Source: Tubulanus polymorphus (Eukaryota; Animalia; Nemertea). From it: DNA of 64,000 nt. The notes under the pieces were generated by a model. That model saw nothing but the letters and a program-made list of their open reading frames with translations, had not been told where the DNA came from and did not search any database. The first letter of the stretch is position 1. Every line of letters starts with the position of its first letter. The stretch is taken from positions 5,851,950-5,915,949 of the forward strand of contig NC_134026.1 of NCBI RefSeq assembly GCF_964204645.1. The letters are read 5' to 3'. Shown here one piece after another: positions 51,800-64,000 of the stretch. The translations under genes and the position numbers were made by a program.

Positions 51800-54700
51800 A
51801 TGGCGCATGCTTCGGAATCGTTGTCCTATCCGGGACCGGTCGCGCAGACCAACGAATCTGCGCCGTCTGGTGACCAGTCGACGAAACAACTCGACTTTTA
51901 TCAGGCGATGAGCGATTTTAAGCTGATGTTTCCGAATATGGATGAAGAGATAATCGAAGCGGTTCTGCGCGCTAACAACGGCGCTGTAGACGGCACCATC
52001 GATCAACTGTTAACGATGAATATCGATACCGATACGAACGAGTTTCCACCAGATGTGAGTATGTCGATGCACTGTCAACATTGACTTATACTTCTACAAC
52101 CGGGGACTAGTTGCTCAAAGGTTGGTTAGAGTTAACCTGCGATGACCAGATAATTGACATAGGGCCTAGTGGCAATTAAAAGTTTGTTGTAATTATGGTA
52201 TTTATCGGCTGGTCATCTCTAACCAACTTTTGAGCAACTGGCACCATATCAATAGTCAACATTACAAGTGGGGACTAGTGGTTCAAAAGTTGGTTAAAAA
52301 TAACCGGTGGATAGATACCATCGTAACGATGAACTGTCAATTGCCAATATGTCTACTATCCACTGTTTAACTCCGAACAACTTTTGAGCAACTGACCCCT
52401 TATGTCTTGAATACAATATCTGTACAGTCAAATACTAATTGGAGAACTGTAGAACTGGGCTCAGAATCAGATACGGGAGCCTAAAAATTCAGTTCAAAGT
52501 TCATTGATAATGAACTAATTTTGATGACATGAGACTGAGCACTTGCCATGCCATTTCGTAGGATAGCTGGTGTTGTGGTTCCCCATTGCATAGTTATGCT
52601 ATTTGTCTTCCAATCAACTCGAAATGACTTTTCAGCAAAACTGACTGCTGATTTTAAAGCACATCTGGATGACTAAAAGTAACCGATATCTATTTTCAGA
52701 TAATTTCAGAACGACCTCTACCGCTGCCGGCTGATTCGTCATTACCGCCATCTTATGACGAAGCCGTGTCGAATTTACTCCTGTCCGAAGAAACAGATGA
52801 AAAACGGCGTGGACTTCCACCAGATTTAATAGCCGCCACCAATCAGGCGGCGCTCGGCTACGCAGCTGTCGCCGCTGCCCCTGCTTCGAAAAGATCTGAT
52901 GTTGACTTACTCTCTTCGGATTTGGACATGTTTCAAACGAGTTTAAGCGCGCAGCCGCTGTCATCGGATGTTAAATCGAAAAGTTTACCGCCGTATCAGA
53001 ATCATCACCACGCGTTTAGCGGCGGCACGTCGTTCGACCTACCGGCGAAACCGGCGTCGATCGAACGCAGGCACACCACGTCGTCATCGTCGTCTAAACA
53101 TCACCATCATCAAACTCATCCGTTCGAGAAACCGACGTCGCAAGCGCAGACGACGCGCTTGAAAAAACCGTTCAAAAGATGGAACCCGCCATTGCTCGGC
53201 GCGCTGCCCGATGATTTTCTGCGACTCAGCCCGACGGCGGCGACGATGAAAGCGGCATCGATGAAACGACACAGCGGCTACGGACGACAGGGTCTACACC
53301 TCGCGGGCGGTGCGCACTCGTCGGTGCATCGCGATAACGAAATACACTCGACCGTTTTCATTCAGGGCCGTTCGCCGTCTCCGAACGCCGCGACGTCGTT
53401 AGGCTCGCCGCCGAAATTACCCCCGCGGTCGCACCACGCGACAAACTCTACGTCCGAGAAAAAGAAAAATTCGACGTTATTGGTAAGATTTTAATTCCTT
53501 AAACTATTCATTTATTCATATTTGACAACCCTCGCATTTGCAGAAAGTATTCTTAGGAGTGTGCGTGTGTCTGTGTGAAAAATTAAATGAGAATAGAGAA
53601 AAATGTGCAAAATGATTAATGTCAATGAAATCGGAATCAGTCAAATCAAGGCCTTGAGTATCATGGAATGTGCTCTAAAATCCTTTAATCGTCGTGATGA
53701 TCCTCGAATGGCATCAATCACTTATCATCTGCAGATCAGCCGCAAATCCGTGTTCCTTATTTTCGATACTTCTATAGCTAGATGGCGTATCAGGTGACAT
53801 TCAACATTAATAGATCAAAGTTATATTCCCAATTTCGAGTTTAAAGTGTTCGACTGCAAAGCATCTGATAGGCCCAAAATGCCTACCGTATTTATAATAG
53901 GAAAGGATAAGGCCTAGGCATTTGTATTGTGCCTCGTAGTAGAATGTTATCAAAAGAACCAAGTGATGACTTGAACAGAAATGTTTGTAGTAATGTCCAG
54001 TAACACGTATAAGTCTGGTGAGCTATCTACTATGTCAGGGCTTATAGGGCATAGGAGTTGGTACCACAATTGTGGGTTGATTTGAATGTAAGTTCATTTG
54101 AATATTCAGAACTATTTTGATAAGAACCTAACGATCTTATTCAGTCACCAATCTAGGTCTCTAAGAAAATTGTTTGGTCTTACGATCATAGCTTAATAGT
54201 GATTTAATTTCATCTCAATAGATTTATGGAGGTTGTAATTATAAAAACATATGACGATCATATGTGGAGGTCATTGACCCCTCCACCCTAAAATCATCAG
54301 TTCAATCAACAACTTCGGCGAAAGCTGTTATTTCCTTTGGTGTCTAACCAGTAATCAAGATGAAATTTTCGTAATAGGCCTGAAACATTTTCTCAATACG
54401 GTTTATCGGTTTTAACCGACAGAATGCGACTTCAAGAACAGCTGCGTAAAAGTTCTGTTATATTATTGATTATCAGTCTTTTGAGTTCGTATACACAAGT
54501 GATATATCGACATGTTTGAATTCCTCTCTGGTGTTACGCGTGGTCGCAATTAGGCAGCCACGGAAAAATCATCGTCCTGCTTTTCGAAGTATTGTTTGAG
54601 CCTCATGAAGTGTAGGTAATGCACGCACCTGAGAAATCCAAAATACCGATAGTATATTTTTTAAAAGTTTTTATTTGTCAGAAAAGAACTGATTCAATAA

Positions 54701-57700
54701 TACGTAGTATATAGCCCGGTTATCTGTACATTTGATAGTCACTGGGATAGGCTAGCGTAGCTTGGAATAAGGCATCTCTAGGACATAAATACTGAGGTAA
54801 TGTATCAAGCTTTATATCAATTTGCCACATGAAATATGACCATTTTATATTTATATATGTATCGTTAATGTATGAGTATTTTCATAACTCTATATGGATC
54901 TAGGTTATGGCTACACATCATGGTATTTAGTTTCAACGACATTGACTTTGGCTCTTTGAACCGATCTGCATAATCATGCCTCATTTAATTGGTTATATAG
55001 TTTGTAGGCTAGAAAGCGTCCTATAGCCAGTAGCCATCCACCTGTGGATGATGAATATTATAATAACGCTGTGAAAATAAGAATGAATTCTTGAGAATGT
55101 TTTCTGATTTTGTTACTATAATGTTACTTTGAATCCAGACATCCCTGATAATCATGCGTACCTCAGTAGAGTCGATAACCTCATTATAATGAATTCTGAT
55201 ATAACGATTTATCTCTCGTATAATGAACTTAGAATTTAGAATTTAATGCCAAATGGGACAATTTGATGATTTCATACTCTGGATACAACAAACTATTTGT
55301 TATAACAGACTTTCTGGTCCTCTTGCATTCGTTGTAACGAGGTTCCAGTGAACGATGGTTTTCATCAAAACTGATCATAGTACTTCGAGACACCCTTAGT
55401 GCAGTCACTAGATCGCTACAACTCCTTGATTCCTCCTTCATAACAGAATAGCTTTGGAAGGTGCTTGAAACTCCTTCAATTTGAGCAAAATGTCAGAAAC
55501 TTCTTTAGAACTCTTTCAATTTTGAGAAATAGGCAATTAGATACTTGAGACACTTGATTCATGGTACTTATACATAGGCTATGCCTAAATCAGTACAGTT
55601 GGATGCAGGATCTATTTGTTACCCAATTAGGCTATTAGCGAATTATGAATTAAGTTTAGTAGTGTCAGGTATGAATATTTGCTTACAAAACCACTGAACT
55701 AATGGTTCACCGAGATAAACACAGTATCGATTTAGGAGGAATCTAATGTAATTGGGATATGAAAGTGATGCAGACACTTCCTTGAAATTTTCGCCTTTAA
55801 AACTCTTTATATTCAGGAATGACTGATCTGTAGGGACGCTGTATCAGTGTCTTTTATGTTTTATGCTCTATCCCACAAGTCTGTTTTCCTACACGAGATA
55901 TATACCTGTAGTTCGTTTTCTATAGCCTAAACTATTATTATGTTTGATTTACTTAAAGCGACGAACGCAATCGGAACTGAACTCTGAGATTATCAAGCAA
56001 AAAATGGCGGACAACATCCAGCGACGCACGAGCATGAGCGGCGCCGAGGTCGACCCGATCGTCATTCAACAACTCGAGGACGAGCATTTAGCGTTGATGT
56101 TGCAGAATAAAGAATTCTTAGAAACGTTACGGCAAGATAAGGATTTCATGAAAACATTGGAACGAGGTTTGTTAATGAATGATACGTTTTCCAATAGAAA
56201 ATACCATTGTATACCGGCACTACTGGTATAAGCCACGATTTGAATCATTTGGAAAAAGGCAGGGTCCGATCTAAGGGATGATAAAGCCATTTGCCCGGGA
56301 GCAAGCACATCTGAAATTTAACTTGCCCCCTCAAAAATCTACTTGCCCTATACATTTTGCTGTAAAAGTTTTTTTTAAAGCTGGAAAAATGCAAACAATC
56401 ATCAAAACTGTAAGAAGCTTATTGATTTGTAGAAATTAATAATCAAACCGGAAAATGTTTGAAAAAGCATTTCTCACTAAACTTATTACAGTTGCATGAT
56501 GCGCCTATTTTACAGATCGGATGAATGCTACTGCGTTCGACTTTGGTCCAGAACTGGCCGAACCGGTGACAACTGCCGCTCCGGTTCTACCACTTACTGT
56601 TGATGAACCGCTGAAATTAGACCCGATTTTGCCCGACGAATCGGCGCTGGCTCAAGGTTACGGCGATGACAACTCGAAAGAAATCGGAGCCTTTCCGTTC
56701 ACAAAAGAATTGCCTCCGGGAGCCGAAGGTGGGGACGCTAATGCTGAATTTAAGAGGCAGTTGAAAAACATGGGACAGTGTAAGCTTCAACTATTTTCGT
56801 GAAATCATATTTCAATTTGCGGTGAAACCAGTGAAATGTTATTAAGGTGGAAATGTCCATATTTTAGCTTCCAAGAACAAGTTTCAAGCATTAGCAAAGA
56901 AATTCTTTTCCCGAAGAAGAAAAAGAACTTCAAAGCAACTGTATCCTTTGATAAAAGCATATGATGAAGTATTTAGAAAAAATATCCTAAAAAAACTCTT
57001 GATTTACTATTTTGTAGAAACTGTGGTTATTTGGGTAGAAAGTAATTCTTGGCAACCAATGTAGATGGCCATATTATGTGTAAAAGGTTTCAAAATGCAA
57101 AATTTAAGAGGCATTTCTACGCAGAAGTGTTCACCCCGAGAGGTTTAAGAAGGGTGGCCATCCCTGTTATTCTAACATCCACCCTTCTGAAAATCACCCA
57201 CCTGTTAGTTTATTGTAGCTGCCCCTGTAAATTAAATTTATGTCAATTCTATCAATGCTTACAATGCTTGGTGCTATATTGATGAGTTAATACGAAATAT
57301 AGCAGGTTGCACAAAATTAAGCATAACTTAAAATATTTCTGGGTAAAGCAAGCTTTGCGACTTCAGCATCCGCAATATTATACGCAGCTTAGAAATAGTG
57401 CAGCCCTTCTAAAATCCCAGCATATGGAGCAAACACTGAGCAGGAAAATAAAGACAATGTTAAAATATAGAAAATATTGAGAGGCATACAGAATGTTCAT
57501 GGATGATCGTTGGGCCTTAATAAATTTGTGTAGATTAGGTGAATCAAATGCTCCCTCGACATTGAATCTGTTGGATGACTACGATGAGGACGACGATAGC
57601 GTAGAGCACAAGGATAAAGATACTCGAGATGAACTTCCGGAATTTGAGGATTTGGTGGGTAACATGCAGCCTGCTGTGAATGAAATCCAGAATTTTTAGT

Positions 57701-58323
57701 CCCAAACCCCGTAATTGAATATTTTCAAGATTCCATATCATTATTGCGGTATTGAGTTGTTCATCTATTTTGCATTACCAGCACAGTAGACTTGCCTCAG
57801 TTCTCACCGGACCAACGAATTCTCTTTGGATTCCAGGGCAGTCCCAGCAGGGAGGGGTAGTTATCACAAGAATTTCATTTTAATTCAATGGGTTAACGGA
57901 AATAGCTGTCATAATGAAGTCCCTCTAGAATATATGTGCATTAGGTTTAAAATTTGAAAATGATAGAATTTAATGGTGAATTTAGAATAGCATTGTCCTG
58001 GAACTGGATCCTGACACTTCTCAACAGAGAGGATTTTAAGAATGAACTCATTATAGGCCTACAGAAAAAGATAACTTACCATGGTCAGACTGGGTCCGTA
58101 TGAAATCATCTTAAGGGCTAAGAGAGGTCCGAGCTGAGATAGATTGGAGCGTTGTAGACAAAAAGAATATTAGTCCAAATAAAGCACATCGGATTTTATT
58201 GTCGTTACTAATGGTTATGTTGTTATTTTGTAGCCTGGTGTACCATACTACCGTACAGTACAGAGACCTCCGTATAATCCAGACTGCGTAATCACTTACC
58301 ACAACAATGATGATATAGTATGA
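51800..58323 (+). CDS. CUEDC1: CUE domain-containing protein 1, ~597 aa
   Basis: Exons 51800-52054, 52700-53482, 55959-56166, 56516-56779, 56868-56940, 57534-57654, 58234-58323. CUE domain QAMSDFKLMFPNMDEEIIEAVLRANNGAVDGTIDQLL; WNPPLLGALPDDFLR; LEDEHLALMLQNKEF; LKNMG.S; STLNLLDD. The last exon is less certain. Confidence 0.9.
52102..52399. mobile_element. Two adjacent, oppositely oriented copies of the 47945 MITE
   Basis: 52102-52245 and 52270-52399, each bounded by GGGGACTAGT.G.TCAAA.GTTGGTTA and AACTTTTGAGCAACTG. Confidence 0.8.
56941..57533 (+). other. U12-type (minor spliceosome) GT-AG intron
   Basis: 5' site GTATCCTTT; branch-like CCTTAAT at 57515-57521, ~12 nt before TAG; no polypyrimidine tract; flanking exons join in frame. 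Confidence 0.88.
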
Positions 58324-58471
58324 TGAACATAACCGTTAGATTTCATACCCAGTATTTAAAAGACACGGTCGCACGGACAGTTTTAAAGAAAAATAAACGT
58401 TCTTAAGTCGTAGTCAACGATGAAAATCTGAAAAATCTAATTTGTGACGATAGATGTATATTTGCCGTGTT

Positions 58472-58845
58472 GTCTCTTCCCCTGGCTGGATTCAGACCTG
58501 ATGGCATCAATTTTTACACGTATCAGGCTAAGTTAGAAATTTACATTTCATTTACGCTATGATTTCTACGGTTGAACCTCGTTAATATGATTCTGCTTGA
58601 GACGAAACCGGTTAATTGCGATGATTTCTTGCTAGAATTCCCCCAGTTAAGATAATTATAACAATAAAGATTTGGATGATGCGAGACCAATTTGATACGA
58701 CAATTTTACTTTTGCCAACAAGATTCGTATTAATGTGGTTCCACTGCATATGCTAGGTTAAAATCCCTGCAGTAAACACTATATGGGTGGATTTCGTACT
58801 GTATGTTGATGCCATCAGGTTCGTATGCATGACTATGGAAGACGG
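58472..58845. mobile_element. Degenerate B-box MITE copy with a nested CAGT-type MITE
   Basis: TCTTCCCCTGGCTGGATTCAGACCTGATGGCATC ... GATGCCATCAGGTTCGTAT; inner element ~58567-58748. A left-end-only copy lies at 51361-51450. Confidence 0.55.
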
Positions 58846-61800
58846 CTTTGCTGTTATAAAGCTTGTGGCGTATCAGGTGATGAATAAATCAGGAGTCATT
58901 AACAAATATTTCCTGCAACTTCATTGGTGATGAACTGTTGCGAAATTTACTACAGGCAACTAGAAAATTCATAATCGCCCATATTTACTTCATATGGTGA
59001 TACTAGATGGTTATTATCTGGAAAGGATTCTTTGCACTGCGCTTATGTAGCAGCAGGGTTAATGCATTGGATGTTTTAATTTTTTCCTGGTTTTCAAGGA
59101 AATCATTACGGAACAGAAAATCCACGATAATATGTCGATTGCTCCCGCATATATCGGACATGTTTTGCGAGCAAAGTTGTTCGTTCGGTGATGTCACAAA
59201 TATTGATTGGCCATTGATTGGTTATTATTCAATACAGATGGCATAAACTATTAATTTTAAAAGCGATGAATGGATTTTTAGGTGGAGAAATGGTGTTACC
59301 ATTGCCGTATGTTGTGACCTTTTACTTTGCTTGTAACCATGGCTTATGACCAATTTGGTCAAAGGTAAATGACCACAGTAGACTCTACCTTACATAGTTG
59401 TAGCAGCTAACTCGAGAAGCCACTCTTAGATCAGCCAATTCTGCAATGAATTCGGCAACTATTGATTCAGGCCGAGTCTATTGTATTGTCATTAGTGGAT
59501 GATGTCAACAACGTTTATTGCTGAGTTACGGTTTAAATGATCACTCTTTGTAAATATTTTAAGCATGATAAGCTGGAAATAACTGTCTCCTCGCTTCATT
59601 CTCCTCTGCCTATCAAATCTCATTATCCTGTGTCAGGCTTTCTCATCGGTGTGAGTGATGCATCTTGTGTTATTTGTAGAAATTATGAAAAATGATATTG
59701 CTGTGTGGTGATATTAACCTTATTTATTAAGCCTCAATGAGTAGCTTATTGTACATCTATATTCAAGCCACTAGTGCACATTACGGTATGAGGTGAGCCT
59801 TGGTTGACTTGCGATGCAACACGCTCAGCTACAGCTTGTCGCGAATGGGTGTGTGTAGGTCGACTGCAACCAGATTGTCTGTGATGGTGTGCGACTAGTG
59901 TTAGTCAGTTGCAAGAGCAGTGTTGGTTGCGACTGCGAAAGACAGACTCGCTGCATTGGCAGTCGCAAGGCCGACCTACGCCCTGCTTTCAAGTGAATCA
60001 TGATTTAAATTTAATTGAGAATCCTCTCATATTTTATCGATAGAACAATGTATTCATACGCGAAATAATGAATAAAAGTGTCTGTACACGGTAATTATAT
60101 TGTTATACACAGGGCGTGTAAATCTTTAATAAAACTGCTTATAATTAAGATGGTAATAAGAGAATTTGTATATTATATGCAGCTTGAGGAAATTTCTGTA
60201 ATTCTGTCGCGTAGAACGTGTTGATTCTGTTCGACAGTCCAGTATCCAGTTGGAATTCGTAAGAGAGGTATAATGTATGATAAAAGCAAATGTTCATTAT
60301 ATTATTTACTATTATCGCTTTAGTGTTTTAAACCGAGAGTTTGTTTGGCATTGTTTTGTATACACTTTTAATGATTTGTTATTTATAATGGATCGGACAA
60401 GTTAGACAGAGGCAACTCAGAACTTTACTGCGTATTCTACCGTTATTCTATTATTGCATTAAAAGGGGCCGTTGATGGAGTTCATACGTAAAAATGAGAT
60501 CTTTTTTTAAGGTACACACATTGTACTATATCGCCGATGACCTGCTACCTTGCAAACACGATGTTAAACCATCTAAGAAACATACTCAGAGAACACACTA
60601 GTCTGTGAGTTACTGTAGCTGATCTATTATTGTCTCTACTGTAATCGGGATGTTATTATTCAAGAATTTGACTTGCATATTATCTTGGTTGTTAGCAATT
60701 TTCAAGGCATTTCAAACATGTCTGGCCACACAATTTAAACATATGTGTTTTTCACATCAAGGTCCTATCAATGGCTTGCGGTTGTACTTTGTTAACGGTC
60801 CCCAAGCACGTTATTATTGTTTTACACTTATTATGATTTTGTATATGAAGTAGAATGATGAAGTAATAAACATATGTAAAGTACACTAGAAATTGTGTTT
60901 TTATGGGTAAAAAAGCTGGATCAAGTAGTAGTCTCACTACTAGTCACCAGACTGCGATCTTGGTGCTGTTTCCGCGGGGACAATTCATAATTAATAATGT
61001 GATTGATTCTGGTTCTCGGGGAGCTTGGCCGGGCTGTGTTAGTAACCTAATGGTTATACTGACTCGGCCTGGCTGGGGTTGGTTATTGTTGGTCATCAAC
61101 TGTGCCAAGTCCCTTTGGCTTTTTCTGAAACAATGGCTTGACTACTGGCCATGGGGTTGAACTATGGACTCATAAACAGGATATTGATGAGCTAATTATT
61201 TATTCAGGGCGGGATACATCCGAAACACCTTAGGAACCACCCGTGTTTGGTGCCGTCGATAGTGAAACCACCACAGGAAAGCGAGGTAAAACGCATGTAA
61301 TACATGTCGATCACATGACTGCTTTGGTACGTATGACATGTGCGTACATGTTAATAATTGCCTGAACTATTAATGCTTTGTTTTGAGCCCTCCAATAATT
61401 GTGTCACCCACTTTTGAAAAGAGCAGCACATTTAGTTCGTAGTTCTGCGATCAAAGGCACCCGATCACAGATAAAAGGCCATTCATTGATGTGTAGAATA
61501 TGAGGAATAGACCCGGTATCTACTTGGCAGTAATACTAAATACCGACCAAAGCCGTCCAATAATACTGTCAAAGACCGTCTAAATACCGACTATAATTTA
61601 TATACTCCGTGATGTGTTTAATTTACCTCGATTATTACGTTCATTCTTTATACACTGATTAGCTGATAGGCCTAATTTCGTGCAATTTGATTTGATAATT
61701 GTATAGAAAGATTTATGAATCGATTGATGTGTATTGTTGCCACTAACTTGAAATTAGATTAGTACTAAGTGGATATTTTGGCGACTCAGCATTATTTTAG

Positions 61801-62577
61801 TAAAAATTATTATGCCATCCCCTATATATAATAGAATGTGTACTAATAAAGATTTTGATATGGTATAGGGTCCACAGGGTTAGGATTAGAGGTAAGGTTA
61901 GGGGACCAAACCGAAGGTTTGGAGACCCCACTAGTGCACGGCAACGGGTTCTCCCTGTAAAGAAAGTATGAAAATGCTGTGCTAGTAAGATGGCCTGATT
62001 CAAATCCTGAATTTTCTATTCTAATTTACTGAATAGACTGGTACGACCTAAGGCCTATAGTCTTCTTGTCATTTGGAACCGGGCTACAATGAATGATTTA
62101 GGAGTTGTAGTAACTAGAATTAAGGAAATAGGGTAGGGCCTATCGTTGAACTTAATGAACTTTGTCAGCTAAGAGTTAATATATCACTATTCCCCTTGTA
62201 TTCATTGAAGTATAATTCATATATGGAACTCGAAAATGTCCAGGCTTTGTTTGGCCCATACTGAAGTTTCTTTTCTTTCATTTGTGCTCATTATGAAATT
62301 TTGAAAATTTCATTGGTTCATTTCAAATCTCTTCGTACCGGTATAAAGTTTTTTCTTTCCTTGAAATAAACTTGAACTGTTTACTTTGAAACAAAAGTAG
62401 GTAACCATAGGTAGACTTAGTGAGATTTTGGTGCAAGAGATTCTTTACACCTTAATTGCACAGTTTGATTTATAACGTTGTTTGATTTTCACTCAGGACT
62501 CATTCGTGATATTCTTGGTGTGAGCGGGTAATTAGTGATTCAAAAGGATTGGCGATAAACTAGGTGGCTTGCTGTAT

Positions 62578-62742
62578 GTATCCTAGGCAACCGTAGGCCT
62601 ATAACAGATACTTGAGTTTTATACTCTAAAGGCCTAAATGCCAAAATCACCAAAATAAGCAATGGGGCTCGCCGTCGCTATGGACACCAGGTGGCGTGTG
62701 TGCGTTAGTAGCCATCGCGTATCGACTTCCGCTCACTTCCGC
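62578..62742 (+). promoter_or_regulatory. Promoter of the SAP-domain gene with X-box, CTCF-like and ETS-like motifs
   Basis: GTATCCTAGGCAAC (62578-62591), GTCGCTATGGACAC (62674-62687), ACACCAGGTGGCG (~62684-62696), ACTTCCGC twice (~62725-62742). Confidence 0.5.
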
Positions 62743-62771
62743 GCTCGATTTCCTACTTTTAAATTGTAATA

Positions 62772-64000
62772 ATGTCAGAGAATTACGGGTCATGGACTGT
62801 ACCGAAGCTGAAACAAGAGTTAAGCCGACGAGGTGCGGTAACCTATGGGAGGAAAATCAACCTAATTGAAAGGTAATTTAAATGTCGATCATATTTCCAT
62901 GCGGTTGATGGTGTTCAGTCGTTTAGTCTGCGCAAAAATGTTGCAATGATCATGGAATCAACAGTGATTTTTTGCCAAAATCATCGATGATTCTAGACCT
63001 ATGCTCAAGTGAAATGAACGTGTTTTAATAGATCCAGAGATGAAAGCTAAACCTCAGTGGGTTGTGGGTCAGGGTATAGTACAAGTTTACCGTCACCAGC
63101 CCGGGCTGCGAGGATGGCTATGGCCGGTCCCACGCGTCCCGTCCCGCGATATCTTTCATTATTTTTCGGTTTTCATGTCCGGAAAATAAACATAATGCAC
63201 ATAAAAGTCATCGATAAAACGTTTTTTAAATCACTATTTGATATTATGATTGCCTTGAGAAGTTTAGATGGCAATGTTTATATCTTGAAATGTAGGGATT
63301 ATTATCGGGATGTAGGACGCCTTGTCAGCTAACCATCGCAACAGCTGAGTTACCACTGGCGCCATCTATCGAACATGAATTGAAGCTGATGCCAAATTTT
63401 ACTGCCAATGTATCCATAAATCATTGGACATGTCTGCTGCTGTGTCTAGTCTCTATTGAATTTTTATATGTTATTGGAATTATAGTCAGAACCCTGATCA
63501 ACTTGAGGTGACGGTAAACTGAATACCTTACTTATATACCTTCTTACCACAACACAGTTGAGTTAAATACAAATCTGTATGACCATGGACGTATAGACGT
63601 CCATGCTTGGAGTAATCATTTCGATGTAACATTTCAACTCTGGGTCAACTTTCTGTTAGTTGATTGAATGATTTTTGACATTAGATGTTTATATTTCATG
63701 ATTATTTCGTGTTCATTGCAGATTAGAAGCATACGGCCGTAACAACGATTTTAGGGGACCGGCCATAACATTACCACAAGAAACAGTTCCGGAATGGCCC
63801 ACATGCGGTTTCAAACAGCTTACAAATGATCATAAGATTGTATTGCCAAAATTCAATATTGACACAGTAACTGCATATTTCACGTATAGAATGGCAATGG
63901 ACAACCACTGTACCAAAGACATTAAAGCTATTGAGAAGGGTCAGCAGCTCATAGAATCGCAACGTGTTCAAGCCTGCAGTATTCTCATCAAAAGCGGAAT
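62772..64000 (+). CDS. SAP-domain protein, 5' part; probable transposon-type SAP-SWIM(-YqaJ nuclease) gene, truncated by the window end
   Basis: Exon 62772-62872 (donor AG|GTAATT) joins exon 63722->64000 (acceptor ttgcag) in phase 2: MSENYGSWTVPKLKQELSRRGAVTYGRKINLIERLEAYGRNNDF...LPKFNIDTVTAYFTYR...DIKAIEKGQQLIESQRVQACSILIKSG; open to the end. The SAP motif is clear; downstream domains are inferred only. Confidence 0.75.

Noticed and set aside
60903-61160. 85-aa ORF with a Trp-rich hydrophobic end
   Set aside because: No homology recognised and no splice or promoter support.

Overview
Gene-dense eukaryotic (invertebrate metazoan, species not determinable) genomic DNA with short spliceosomal introns. 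By assembling exons by hand I can support: a 60-aa secreted prepropeptide (+), an intronless WDR88 (+), a rolling-stone/AIG1-like membrane protein (+), mitochondrial EF-Tu TUFM (-, 11 coding exons), a ~2270-aa NCOA6-like coactivator (+), EIF2S1 (-), HECTD3 (+, 17 exons), SMIM7 (-, missed by the ORF track, GC-AG first intron), CUEDC1 (+, with a U12 minor-spliceosome intron), and the first two exons of a SAP-domain gene of probable DNA-transposon origin that runs off the window end. From rolling stone to CUEDC1 the genes alternate strand strictly, giving three head-to-head pairs. Introns and UTRs carry many short non-autonomous elements (several MITE families, Helentron-type HINEs, Penelope-like relics). 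The most notable items are: the SAP-domain gene under a promoter with two RFX X-box-like sites, a MITE family whose inverted termini contain tRNA-type B-boxes, the U12 intron, the candidate amidated-peptide precursor, a stop-containing 25-nt candidate microexon and a Pumilio-site cluster at NCOA6, and substitutions at conserved functional residues in EF-Tu and the rolling-stone-like protein. All family assignments are from recalled motifs; no database searches were run. No rRNA, intact tRNA or CRISPR array was seen.
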